Assembly: GCF_001194135.2 (NCBI RefSeq)
Contig: NC_068985.1
Span: forward strand, 25,505,291 to 25,569,290
DNA from: Octopus bimaculoides
Taxonomy: Eukaryota
Reading direction: 5' to 3'
DNA: 64,000 bases
This document shows, piece after piece, positions 41,188 through 56,000 of the stretch. The notes beneath the pieces are model-generated. The model saw only the letters and a list, made by a program, of their open reading frames with translations, was not told the DNA's origin and made no database searches. How positions within the stretch are numbered: the first letter of the stretch is position 1; each line of letters opens with the position of its first letter. Both the position numbers and the translations under genes were made by a program.

Positions 41188-44100
41188 TAATAATAATAAT
41201 CTTCTTCTTCTTATTATTATTATTATAATTTCTTTATTTTCCCCTGAGGTATCAAATAAGGAAAGCATTACAAGTATAGTTTACGACTTTGTGGGAGTTT
41301 ACATAAAAAGATGAAGGAAAGATGCAGAGAGAAAGTGAGGAGATTAAAAGAATAAATAATATATGAAACATGTGAACACATTAATGATGCAGTCTGCCTG
41401 ATACAGAAGGGCCTCCAACAAGGGCCAATTAAGAAACTCCACTGATCTAGGATCATCCTGATTACCAAGAGCACAAGCCCTCATTAAGTTGTTGTTCTCT
41501 AATCCACAAGCACATGCTTAGATTAATTCCATTCACCCTAACCGTTTGTGGCTTAGTCAACTACCTTTTAACAAATTTGCTGAGAGATAGCACTTTCTTC
41601 TCTGCCTTCACATTTATTTTCCAGCGGAATTTGAAAAAGCCGATCAGCCAAAGAAGAAGGTGTCTGTTCTTAATGTTTTCAGCCTTGTCTTCAATACAGA
41701 CTCTTTCATCATGGCTACTAGATAGAAAATAATCACCAACCACTCTTTGTTAAAGGTGAGTAGTGATGTAATCCCCACGATGGATTCAGTTGATAGATGG
41801 ATTCACCCTACATGTGACAACAACTGTTTGTCATTACTCCACAAGTCAGCAAAGCTTGGACACTGCATGAGTGCATGAAGTATGGTTTTATCACTCTGTG
41901 TACATCTTGAACAGTCCACCAGGTGGCATGTCCATGACTGTAGAGTTTATCTTTAACAGATAGTACCCCTCAGTAGCATTACCAAGTCAAGAAATTTAGA
42001 AAATTATCCAAAGTTCTATCTGTTCAGAAAGTCTTTTGAAGCAGGTCAGGTAGTTCATCCTCAGCCTAAATTTTTCCCAAGAACTCATTACCCTTACTTT
42101 CTACTAGTTCTCCATATCTATTGCTAAAGTCGAATTTCCAGCTCTGTTAGAGTGCAGTGAACATCTAACAACATTCCAATCTTGATCTTAGTTTAACCCA
42201 TGACTGCTGATCCACCAAGGAAATGAGCTGTGGGGAAACATATCTTACAAACAAAGACCAAGCATGCTTACTGTCCAGAAAAATCAGATCGCACTACCTC
42301 AGTGTATATTTGTACATTAACAGCCAAAGCATGCTGAGTCTGCATTCCAGAGGATGCTGATAAAGAAATGAACTGTCTGATCAATGGAATGTATCCCTTC
42401 CATAGAAGCAGAAAAGCAATCAAACTGGGACTGGGGCAAGGTACAATGGTCAGCTAGTAAGTTGTAACAGAGTTAATGCAAGCATTGCTAAAATATTTCT
42501 TAGAATTTCAACTAAATTTGTTATAGAAAATTCACTACAGATTTTGTCATATTCAATGTCAACTGTTGCTAACACTTCAAAACAAACATGTATAGGATTG
42601 ATCACAAAACGTTGAGAAAGTAATAAAACTAGGAGACCAAGAAGGTAATGATAGTATGATAAGCAAAACATGTAAAACAAAGCAAATGCTGTAATTCTCT
42701 TACTGTGTAAGTGGGTGAATGCAAATTATCAGTTTTCAAGTCCTTTTTAACATATATTGAACCATTGCTTCCAATTTCAAAATATTCTGTACCAGGTACA
42801 TAACCAGCTAATTGGTAGGTGTATTTCATCTAAAAAAAATAAAACAAAATCATGTAATTTACTATAATTCATTATAAATGTAATTAAGAGAATTCAATTG
42901 CATCAGCTTAAGCAAGGGGCATATATATAAAGATAGATATTTATGTGCAAAATATATGAGGTATTTTTGTGTGTATGTATGTGTGTATGTGTGCGCACGT
43001 GTGTGTGCGTGTGTGTGTGTGTGTGTGTGTGCATGTGTGATGACACGCACAAGGTTTCTATCTTTTCTTCTCTCTTATTTATTTATTTATCTCTGTATTT
43101 GCTTATTGAACTATCCACATGACATAATTAGGATTTTAAAATTTGATCTGGAATGATCCAGAGGGAAATATATTCATCATCAGCTATATAAACTCACAGG
43201 TATTCCACCTGTATCTAGTTTTGGTAAGTGCCAATGCATGAAACTCTCAGACTTTGAGTCACTCAGTTACTTCTGCTTATAGACTTATACCCAAAGGCAT
43301 CCTCACCATGGCCATCCCATCTTTAAAAGCAGAGTTCATCTCATACAATACATCGTTCCTTTTTTAAAGGCTACACTGAGATTTGATTACAATTTTTGAC
43401 AAGTTTAATGAACATGAAAGAGGTTCTGCCATTGACTTATAAACTTCACAGAAAAGCCTTGTATCTCAAGTATTAATTCCAGGTTGTACTCTACTGTCTC
43501 TGCTAACAAGTACCAACCAATATTTATAAACAACAACAAAATAACAAAAAAAAACAGAAACAAAACAATTGAAGAATAGGTACTTACTGGTGAGTTTATT
43601 TGTATATTAAGCACCATTGATGAGACAGGGAATTCTTCATCAATGGTAATGTTATAATTTTGTTGGGTAAAGTCAGCTGGTCCAGAGCTTTTAACAACTG
43701 TTACTTGTAGAGTCATGGTTCCAGCCAAAGATGGTACACCAGCATCTTTTGCCCTGATTTTTACCTGTAGGATTGCAAGAGGAGTTGAAATAAGGAAAAA
43801 GTCTACAAAAGACATCTGACTTTGAGAAATATAATGTCTGGTTACCACACATGTAAAACACAAGTGCAAGGATGATTAAGATCTAGCTTTTGAAAACTAG
43901 AAAAATATTTAAATGAATAAATCATATACTTATTCATTTTGAAAACTATTTATATACAAATTTATAAACATTTTCAAACACTAATTTAGGATTTAAAAGC
44001 AAAAGGGAAAAAAACACATTAAAGCTATTGAAAAAAATTGAAAATGTATCGCCTGCATACTGGACAGTCATCACAGTGGGTCTTCATTCTTTTTCATTTT

Positions 44101-45361
44101 ACATTAATGTCTCAATTAATATCTTAGCCATAAACTTCTTATCTACAAACAAACAAATAAGTTCATATGTAGTGAAATTAATGATTTCATTTGAATTGTA
44201 TTTGTTTGTAATTCTTGCTTGTCTCAAAAACTTGGGCTCACAATCACAAGGTTGTGAGTTCAATTCATGATGGCAAGTTGTGTTCTTGAGCGAGACATTT
44301 TATTACATGTTGCTCCAGTCCACTCAGCTAGCAAAAATGGGTAGTACCTGTATTTCAAAGGTTGACCATGTTGAATTGTGCATCACACAGAATCTCCCTG
44401 AGAACTATGTTATGGATGCACGAGTCTGTGGAGTGCTCAGCTATTTGCATGTTTCATGAGTAGACTGTTCCATTGAGTGGATCAACTAGAACTCTTGTCA
44501 TCATAACTGATGAAGTGTCAGTGAAGTCAAGCAGGCCTGTTTAAGTGGCGGTGGCTCAAAACCATCTACCAGTTGGTAATAGTAGATACCACTGTAGAAG
44601 TGGTTAAAAAGGCTGAGAAGGAGGACAGCGTGTTTGTGAGATAGAAACTGGATTGTGTTTGAGTGATACCATGCCAACTGGTCGGGTGGTCATTTTCAGA
44701 TGCAGTCAAGGATATATGCATGTGCAGCTGCAACACTGTCCCATATAAAGCAGTAGTATTTGTGGTGGGTCTCACAGTATTTTTGATTTTTAGTCAAAGG
44801 AAAAATCAGTGCCCGTGATTCATTACAGAGCTTCTGAATCTGGTGGAAGATAATGGAGAAGAAAGTAGAAATCTAGCCCCACAAAAAAAGGGTGGACTCT
44901 GCTAAAGGCATTGAGGATGCCAAGTGATGGCACTAAAACATAATGGCTTAAGTTTTTCACCCAGTGGTTTGGGATGCTGGAGTATTAGACATGATAAGAC
45001 ACAGTGTATAATGAATCTATTTCAACATATGCAGGCAATCCATAGCACAATACTTAGAGGTAGGTTTCAGCTAATGGTTTCATTAGTCAAGCATTTTTAT
45101 TGCACACAGACATACTTGTACATACACAGTCATACATAGACAAAAACAAAACCTCAAAACAAAGACTAACTTACATCAAATCGATTAGGAGCATTAACCA
45201 AGGACTTGATTAGACTAACTTCTCCAGTATTCGGATTGATGAAGAAATACTGTAAAGCAGACTTGTCTCCATATATTTCATAGCTGATAACATTGTTTGG
45301 TGCCTGTGTAATATTAAGAAAATTAAAATAACCAACTGATTCATTTTTAACGTGTGTGTGT

Positions 45362-45428
<67 letters not shown>

Positions 45429-48400
45429 TTGCTAAACAAAATATTTGATTTTATTGAAAATATGAACAGAAGTATATTTTACAAAAGAAAGACAAAGTAA
45501 AGAAAAAAAAGAAAGAAAAGTGGGGAGAAAGAAAAAGAAAAAACGATTAAACATCAATGCAATACCAAGTGCTTCAATTGGTTGCATACCACAAGGTTCA
45601 ATGGAACCTAGTGAAGCATGTCAGCATGTTTGTGGCGTTACCGCAAGTGAGGCTGAGGCATTGGTAAAGCCAAGCACCCTCATAGGCATCACCTGACACC
45701 TTAATGAGGGGAGCTGCCAATGATATTGATTTCTAACTTTAGTATTGGCTACACATTTATAGGGATGGGGCTAAATTCAACTGAATCAGTTCCCCTTACA
45801 TCCAGAGTCACTAGAAATTATAAGGAAAGCATTTTTTGGCAGGATGGGGGCTATACAGATCCTCTAGTGATGCTATGTGTAAGCAGCTTCAAACTATGAG
45901 ATGCTTTCTAATGCAAAACCGATTCCCTTCAATGAAGATGCAGTTTTGGATGAACAAAATTCAAAACATTGTTGATTGTCCTCCAATGATCCTCAAGCAT
46001 AAGCTAATGAATTTTCTCTGCATTTCCAAGAGTGACACTTGTGGAAGATCTTCCCGATTGCTCATTGTCTTCCAGGGACATTCTTCCACTTTTGAAGCAC
46101 CCATGCCATTCAAAAACATTGCATACAACCCATTGCCTTGTCATCATAAGCTTACCAAAACATGCTCAATGTCTCTGAAGAAGGCTTCTTTATAAGGCGA
46201 AATTTCACGTTGGCGCTTTGTTCCAATTTCCTGTCCATGACAAAAAATGTGGACTACAACATACATGTGATCACAAAAACACAAATTTCACAACTTGTGA
46301 AGTATACCCAGTGATGTCACTTGGCACACTGCTCCATGAAGATCACTGTTAGCTCCCATTATACATTTGTGCTGCCATCTGTTGGCACCCTACAGAACTA
46401 TTCCAGGAACTTTTTAATACTACCTATATTTAAGTTTTACCAGAACACATCAGTGAAGCATAATCTAACGATTACTGCTAAATATTAGAATAAAAAAAGA
46501 GAAAATAGGATTTTAGCACACATATATGTAAATATATTCTTACAGTAACATCCCTGTCTGTGGCTGTGACAGTTTCAATAACTGTTCCTACAGGAACACT
46601 ATTTTTTATCGTCTTGATGATAGGATTTTGTCTGAATACTGGTGGAAAGAAATTGCGTTTAATTGAAATAATAGCTGTTGCAGTAGCACTTATAGGTGGT
46701 GTTCCATCGTCTTTGGCCACGACTCTTAGCTGAAAATTAAAACAAAGGAAAAATCATGTTTCTTCATGTATGTTACAAATTTCATTATATTTAGGATTTG
46801 GGCAACTAAACATACGATGCCTTACAGCAAAAATAACCAAGTATATGTTACTATGATATTTAGATAAAATTAGAGCATTTATTCTTCATACTTATAAATG
46901 TGTTGGGCAGTCTGTTTTCTTCAGGTCAGTGCTGTAACAGTGGAAGCGCAATGGCCCAGTGGTTAGGGCAGTGGACTCGCGGTCATAGGATCATGGTTTC
47001 GATTCCCAGACCGGGCGTTGTGAGTGTTTATTGAGCGAAAACACCTAAAGCTCCACGAGGCTCCGGCAGGGGATGGTGGCGAACCCTGCTGTACTCTTTC
47101 ACCACAGCTTTCTCTCACTCTTACTTCCTGTTTCTGTTGTGCTTGTAATTCAAAGGGTCAGCCTTGTCACACTGTGTTACGCTGAATATCCCCGAGAACT
47201 ATGTTAAGGGTACACGTGTCTGTGGAGTGCTCAGCCACTTGCACGTTAATTTCACGAGCAGGCTGTTCCGTTGATCGCATCAACTGGAACCCTTGACGTC
47301 GTAAGCGAAGGAGTGCCAACAGCAAGTGCTGTAACAGGTTCATAGTTTTTCTGGGCAGGTTGTTCATCCTCTGCAGATTAGTTGGGTGAGGGGTCTGCCA
47401 TTTTGGCAATAAGCCAATGTACCGTGGATCACCATTAGTCTGGAACCTCTCCAGGAGACTAGCTCCAGTCAGTAATGTTCTCTTGGATCTATGGAAACCC
47501 CTGGCCACAACAAGGTCATACACAGGACTACTTCCATAATGGTGGACCTGGTCGTCTCTATGCATGATGATGCCATCAAGCAACAGCATGAGGCCAGAAG
47601 CCAAGTAACTTATAAATATAGTAATTATAGTAATCATTTCTTTATAATTATAACAGTAATTTGTAAATTAGGCCTAAGGGTAGCAATTTTGAAGGGACAG
47701 GGTTAGTTGATTTGATTTCAGTACTTGGTTAGTATTATATTTTCTCAGCCTTAGAAGATGAAAACAATGTTGTAAAGAGCTGGGGAAAATACAGTAAGAT
47801 ATTTTCTCAGAAGGTGTAACAATTCTTCCCATCTATCACCCACTTCATAATAATCCTTTCTACTAGAGGTATGAGGCCTGAAATTTTGAGGGAGAGAGCA
47901 AGTGATCCCACCCCCCAGTACTTAACTGCTATTGAACTTGTTTAGCTCCAAGTCAGCTCTACTAAGCATTTCTATGGTTAATCAATGGCCGTTTCATTTT
48001 TCTCTTATTTTCTTCGCAGACCCTATGTATCTTGAACTACATTGTGTCTAGTCAACACATCTTCCCTTTTTAAGACAGTAAGTTTACAAGGGAGTTGGAT
48101 GCTATTTCTAGCTTCATCAACTCATTAATGCAGCAGTAGTGACAAGATATGAACCTCTAGCCTCTCACTTAGTTGCCTGGTATTCTAGCAGTTCAACAAC
48201 CCATATTCTCTCACCCTTCTTTTTTTAGTTGATACACATTTTCCATGATTCTTGAAGCATGGAACAATAGGTTAAATTTCCTATAAACTAAGAGCATGTC
48301 TAATAATAATCTTTGTGCTTATTTGGGCCTTTTGCAGTCTTTTGCTAAATTTACTCCATTACATTATTGTATGAAGAAATATCAAATACTAACCACAAAC

Positions 48401-50053
48401 TTAATAACTTTGGTTGATAATAAATTAGCTGTTGATTTCAGAAATATTGATCCAGTGTTACGATCAATCCTGAAGTAATTAGGTGCCTCATCATCTCCTA
48501 TTATTTCATAAGTGATTTTATTGAATTTATTGAAATTGTTCTGAAAAACAAAAAGTAGAGAAAGTAATTAATAAATAAAAAGATGAAGACAAAAAATTGT
48601 TTTCATTGTTTACTTATCTAGAAAACATGAATATCATACATTTAATTTTCTTCCTAGTTTTAATCATTCAACATTGATTCTCAGTATATGTGTGAATGCT
48701 ACAATGTTTGAGGCTAGATGTATATATGCATGCATATGTGACTTTCAAGTTACATATACAGAAAAAGGATTAAAAGGAAGAAACAACAGGAGAAAATGAG
48801 ATAGGAAGTTAATTTGCAATAAAAAAAATTATTCATTACATTGTAGACAACTTGTATGTGGAAATGATACACGACCTTCTATTAATGTTGGTTTAAATAT
48901 ATATGTATATATANNNNNNNNNNNNNNNNNNNTATATATATATATATATATATATATATGCAATACATGTATTGAATATTTGTGCATATTTTAGCTGTAG
49001 TTGCATAATTAAAAATCAGAAAAGAACAGAATTAAAATTCAAGGAAATTACTGAGAATCTGCATTATATTCATAGAAAGAAATTAACAGAGTTCACAAAA
49101 TGGAATAAGTTTTTACATAATGATCATCACTGATTCATACAAGTTGCTATTAAAATATACCCTGATATGGTTTATTGCTGTTATTTATATCTGGGATTTC
49201 AAAAATCCTTTATGGTCCACACATCACATGACTCAACATCCCATCTCCCTCCAGCCCTAACTTTAGCATTATCTGAAAGGAGTCAGAATTATACAATGTC
49301 CCTTAAATTAAATGCAACCAGTACTTCCTCTGAAATTACGTTGGCTTTAACTTTTGACCCAAAGCCAGCAATTTTAGGGGAAGGGATGAGTTGATTTCAA
49401 TGACTCCAGTATTCAACTAATCAACCCTGAAAGGATGAAAGGCATAGTCAACCCTGACAGCATTTGAACTCAGGATATAAAGACAGATGAAATGCCACTA
49501 ATCATTTTACTTGGTGGGCTAACGATTCTGCCTGCTCACCACCTTTCCTCTTGAAATTATATAATTATAAGTGGAAGATTTCTAAAGTCTACAAGTTTGT
49601 ATTTGTATACTAGAGAAATACAGTTGAGAGAGATTAAGAACATAAAAAACATATAAAACATTATTTAATTTAAACATAGATGGTATTGTCTAAGTGTTTA
49701 GAAGCTCGTGTTTATACTGACATTTGAAAATAAATCAGACATCAAAACTTACTTGATCCTTGTCTGTTGCCACTATGCTGAAAAGAGCATTATTATTGTT
49801 AAAATTTTCTTCTATAGTAACTGAGTAGTTTGATCCGAAAACTGGAGGGAAGTTATTACGAACTACATTAACTGTAATAATTGCAGAAGCTTCAACTGTT
49901 GGTGCACGGGTATCAGCAACAATGGCTTGAAACTGATGAAGAAAATAAACATATATAACAAGAAACGTTAGATACTGATTTTTTTTGTTTTGCAAAGCTC
50001 AAGACAAAAATAATTGTTACAACATATTTACTTATACATGGTATTTTTCGTTT

Positions 50054-50091
<38 letters not shown>

Positions 50092-50319
50092 TGCATGTGT
50101 GTGTTTGTATGTGTTATATACATACATATATATATATTTAAATATATANNNNNNNNNNNNNNNNNNNNNNNNNNNNNNNNNNNNNNNNNNNNNNNNNNNN
50201 NNNNNNNNNNNNNNNNNNNNNNNNNNNNNNNNNNNNNNNNNNNNNNNNNNNNNNNNNNNNNNNNNNNNNNNNNNNNNNNNNNNNNNNNNNNNNNNNNNNN
50301 NNNNNNNNNNNNNNNNNNN

Positions 50320-50360
<41 letters not shown>

Positions 50361-51702
50361 TATATAAATATATATATATATAAATATAAAGATATATATA
50401 TATATAAATATAAATATAAATATATATATATATATATTTATAAATTGGTGAACAAACCCGAAGGCTGTAAATTACGGAGAAGAGTGACACACATAGGTTC
50501 TTTTTAATAATAACTATAATTATATATAATTTATAATAATATATGTTCCATTCAAAGCGACTAAACATAAACAATTGACTGAAAAATAAGAAGAAGAAGA
50601 AGAATGGAGATTTGCACATTCACATGCAGTAAATAATTTTAAAATAAAAATTATGGATGTGCAAATCTCCATTCTCATTATAATTACTATTATCCACTAC
50701 TGAGTGCAGCTCTGTGTTCCTTGGGTATGTATTGTGGTTTGCTGTGGTGCTCTTATTTTCACTGTATTGAAAGTGTTTTACATAGGATGTGTGCAGTGCT
50801 TAGTAGTGTTATTTTCTGTATGATATACATACTTATGAGTCCTGAGTTTTTGTTATGTATTTGTCTGAATGTTTTGTTTTTTTATCATACCTAATGCACC
50901 TATTATTATAGGAATTGTTTCTGTTTTTAGGCTCCACACTTGAGTTATCTCTATTTCCAGATCTTTGTATTTTGAAAGTTTCTCCATTTCTTTTAGAGAA
51001 ACGTTGTCATCTGTTGGTATTGATACATTGATTGAAAAGCATTTTTTCTTGATAATCTCTAACAACTATATCCGGCCTATTAGCCTTGATTTTTCTACTT
51101 GTGTGTATTGGCATATCCCAAAGTATGGTTGCTTTCTCATCTTCTGTGACCTTTTCTGGGGTTTGCCTATACCATCTTTTTTCTGTTGTTATTCCATAGT
51201 GTTGGCATAGCTTCCAGTATATATAAGTTCCAACTCTGTCATGTCTCCTTTATAAATTGGAGCCTATGTATTATTAAAAAGCATTGGGTCTACTCTGCAG
51301 AGTGGTTGGTGTTAGGAAGGGCATCCAGCCACCAAAACCCTGCCAAAACAGACATTGTAGCATAGGGAAGTTTTTCTACCTGGCCATCTCCTGTGAACTG
51401 TTCTAGCCATGCATGCATAGAAGATGGTCATTAAATGATGATGATATATATATATATATATCTATATCTATCTATATATATATATAGATATGCAGGGCAG
51501 GGAATCATCAATTAGTAATAAAATTAATAATTAACAATTCTGCCGGGTAGCTCAGTATGAAAAAAACCTTCTTCGGTATGTTGGAGAAGTATGTTGGAGA
51601 AGCAGGTTACTGTCAATCCCTATATATTTATAATTATATATANNNNNNNNNNNNNNNNNNNNNNNNNNNNNNNNNNNNNNNNNNNNNNNNNNNNNNNNNN
51701 NN

Positions 51703-51735
<33 letters not shown>

Positions 51736-52719
51736 ACAAACTAAGTAAATAGGCATTTGAATTAATTTTTTTACAATCCAGCTGTCCTTTCACACGGAAT
51801 TTCGTCTTATCTTTAAACTCTGGCTCTGATGAGGCTTATATATGAGGGAATTGTTAAAATATCTAAGAATGTATATAAGTCGAAACAAATTGCCATCATA
51901 TGTTGAAAATATATGTTGAAGAAGAAACAAACAGTCAGGACTTACTGTGTAAGAGTTTGTATTTTCAGTATACAATGCTCTCAGTACTCTAATTTTCCCA
52001 TTTTGTGTAATATCAAAGAACTTTAATGCAGCAGCATCTCCTCTCAGACTGAAGTTTTGATATTCTTTTGGTGTCTGTTACATATAAAGAGCATTTATAG
52101 ATTTATTTTCTCTAAATTCAGCATGAACGATTTGATCAAAATTTTCATCAGATAAAAATATTAAGATATATTTTATTGTGGTTAGTTAAAATCAGGATAA
52201 GAATCATATGAAGAAACAATAGTATAATGTAATTACATTAATTAATTCAGATTGTTAATCAAATATTGTGTTTAGAATATGGTGAAACTTGCTATTTATT
52301 AAATGTTTAGCATAGTAGCTCCCTTTGGCTCATAAATACGTATATTCCTACATAAGATAGTTGATGTGATTTCAGAAAGATTTCACTAGAATTTCTATAA
52401 ATGTCAGTTATGTTATTTTTACTTGAATCTATTGTTAATTTTCATTAAACAATAATTTAATAGTATATAAATGTATGGTTTTTATTTAGTTATTTCAAGA
52501 AACAATAATCCTTTCTACTGGAGGCACAAGGCCTCAAATTTTGGGGGAGGGACTAATCGATTACATTGACTCTAGTGTTTACATTGGTACTTAATCTATC
52601 GGCCCCGAAAGGATGAAAAGCAAAATCAACCTCAGAGGAACTGAACTCAGAATGTAACAACAGGCGAAATACTAAGCATTTTGCCCGGCATGCTAATAGT
52701 TTGGCCATCTCACCGCCTT

Positions 52720-52764
<45 letters not shown>

Positions 52765-52953
52765 CTTTTCTACTGGAAGCACAAGGCCTCAAATTTAGGG
52801 AAAGGGACTAAGTTGATTACATCGACCCCAGAGTGTAAGGATGAAAGGCAAAGTCAACTTTGGAGGAATTTGAAATCAGAACATGAAGTCAGATGAAATA
52901 CTGCAAAGCATTTTGCCTGACGTGCTAACGATTCTGCCAGCTCACCACCTTAA

Positions 52954-53017
<64 letters not shown>

Positions 53018-56000
53018 CTCAACCATATCTCAAAGAACTTCAAAAACAGACTGTGTTGACAAGTACTACCCACATTCTTAGAAAAAACACATTCAACTTA
53101 AATATTTATGTTGCCTTATATGAAGGACTAACTTCTCCTTCACAAGGTTTCAGTTATATTTCAACATCTCTTAAACTTCAGTTGCCCTAGGGCATTGGGT
53201 GTGTCCCAGCAAGTGATTGCATCAAACATGCATAGTTAAAAGAAAAATGATAATGGTAATGATAATAATAATAGCAAATAATTCTTACTTACAGTTTGTA
53301 CAATCAAATCAATGATGGTGGAGCCAACTGTTTCTGTTTCAAGAACTTCTATATTGTACACACTTTGTTGGAAACGTGGACGTGGCACATTCTGTGCTAA
53401 CTTTACCGTAGCTAACGTGGTATTTGAAAGGTATGGTGATCCATTGTCTCTTGCAAGTATTCGAATCTAAAACATTTAAAAAATATACTCAAATAAGTTT
53501 AATGATAAATCTCACTGTAAAATTAAACTGGTTTGTAAATATTTCTTTGCTTTATTCATTTCATAGTCATTCTAACATTCTAAGCAATGAATCTGTCATT
53601 CTAAATGGGCATATTATTATTTATATATTTAACCCTTTAGCATTCAGATTATTCTGTCAAATGTAATGCTTATATATTCATATTGTTTTGAATTAATCAT
53701 GCTTGTAGCTTTGAAATTTCTATGATGTGATTCTATAGTTTTAGAATTATATTCTAGGATAGGTGTAAGAGGCCAGATCTAGCTGGTTTGAGCATAAAAC
53801 AGGTAGAATATTTGAGCCAGATATGGCCAGTTTAAATACTAAAGGGTTAAAAGATAGAAATTTATAGAAATAACCTGAGATGCTTAAAGACACAAGAAAA
53901 AAGAGAGGGAGAAAAAGTAGAGGAAAATAGGGAAAGAAAGAGATAATTAACAATAGAAACTTTCCTACACCTAGATCAATAATTTCCAAATGCTTAAATT
54001 CAATAGGCGTGCCTATAAATAATTATAGTAGCAGAGTCTGCCTTTCCAGATTTAAGTATTGCAAAATATCCACTGGTCTACTGCAACAATCCTGTTTAAC
54101 AAACTGTGCAATGGCGAATTTCTGAGGGCCACTGTTCTGGAGAAAGATTGGACATAGCAGTCAATATGGAGAGGAGTGGGAAAGGGGGTGTTAAACACAA
54201 CCAGGATGATAAGTGGTGGAGAGATGAGTAGAACAGGGTTGCCTGAGTGCTAGTCGTATGTGACTAGTTAGCTCCAAAGAGTAGAGGTTATTATCCTTGC
54301 TTCTACTATAAACTTCAGTGACCATTAATCAGAGGAAAATACATTGACTAAAAATTTCCAGCTTTAATTTAGGTGTAACATTTTTCTGAAGAACTTCTGC
54401 TGAGAAATGTTTTAGGTGCTCTCCGATGTACTGTCCATTAGCATTCATTAATAATATATGACCTTAATGCATTATAGTGAAAAAGCTATCGTCTCATTTG
54501 GTCTCTCTTAATTTTGATCCAGAATGGTTATTTTTTGGTATGAGACCACATTGCATAATACTTATTATTTTTTTTATCAAGGTATATTGCACAATGCACT
54601 TTTTGCTGCATTGAGCCTTTTAAAATAATAATCATAATAATAATCCTTTCTACTATATTCAGAAGGCCTGAAATTTTGTAGAAGGAAACTAGTTGATTAC
54701 ATTGACCCCAAGTGTTCAACTGGTACTTAATCAATTGACTCCAGAAGGATAAAAGCAAAGTCAACTTGAGTATGAAGATGGACAAAATACCACTATTAAT
54801 GAATGCTAATTATTCTGCCAACTCACCGCCTTAACAACAACAACAACAACAACAATAATAATAATAATAATAATAATAATAAGGAGCCCAGTCTGAATAA
54901 CAACATGAATATGCTACACCAGGCTCTCTATTCAATAATGAACCCTAAGCATAACACCAACATGAACTTCTAACTTGTTGTCTCTTGAGGTCTCTGGGTA
55001 AGACTTGGAATTAACTTGTACAAATACAAATCAAAGTCGAACATATGACAACAACAACTCAACACATATGAAGCAGCAGTTTAATAACTTATCTCCTTGA
55101 CAATTTAATTTCAACAATTAAATGGTTAGATTATTCTAATGATAACAATAATGGCTTGTTGATTACAGCACTCTATCATAAATATTGGGAATGAGATTAA
55201 ATAATTAAATAAGAACTATTTACCTTGAATGTATCTTCTGCTGACGATGAAAGAGAATTCTTTATTGATACATCTCCTGTAGTGGGGGATATTGTAAAAT
55301 ACACAGCAGCTAATCCATCACCAGTAATTGCATAGGTGATTGTTCGAAAAGGTGACTTGAATAAAAGAAAAACGATTATATAAATAGATTCATGTGTTTA
55401 CAAATGAAAGTAAAGATCAATCAATATATGGTGCAAAGTTTATATTTATTGAGAATCAGTTGATCATTCACTACAGTGCTAACAGAGTTTTATGTATGTA
55501 ATATGTGTGATACTGTTTTTCCACACATCACCCTGAGATGTACCTGGACACATCATTAGTGATGTTTTGGATCTTTCAACATCAGACACCTCCACCAAAG
55601 TGACTCAGAAGTGTCACCAGCTATGCAGATAATACAAAATTATCACAGGCCATAAAGAACCCTGATGATATCACAAGCTTGTAGTGGGATTTAAAAGCAA
55701 TATACAAGTGGGCTGAACAGAACAATATGCAGTTTAATGCTGGAAAATTTCAAGCACTGCACTATCAGCTTACGGATGCACCTCAGCCTGCATATACAGG
55801 ACCTGAAGGCACTTCAATACCAGAGTCATAAACAGTGAAAGATTTGTGGATTAGTATGTGTAATGATGCGTCATTTCACATGCACACTACCAAGATGGCA
55901 ACAAAGTGTGGACACTAAAAGGACAAGAGACCAAGAAGTCATGTTACTGTGAGAGACCTTTGTTCTCATTCCCCTAGACTATTGTTCTCAACTCTTGTCA

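Noticed and set aside
46941-47020. tRNA genes at SINE heads (also 27615, 59168)
   Set aside because: A/B boxes are present but continue into SINE bodies with TSDs; no complete cloverleaf or acceptor stem
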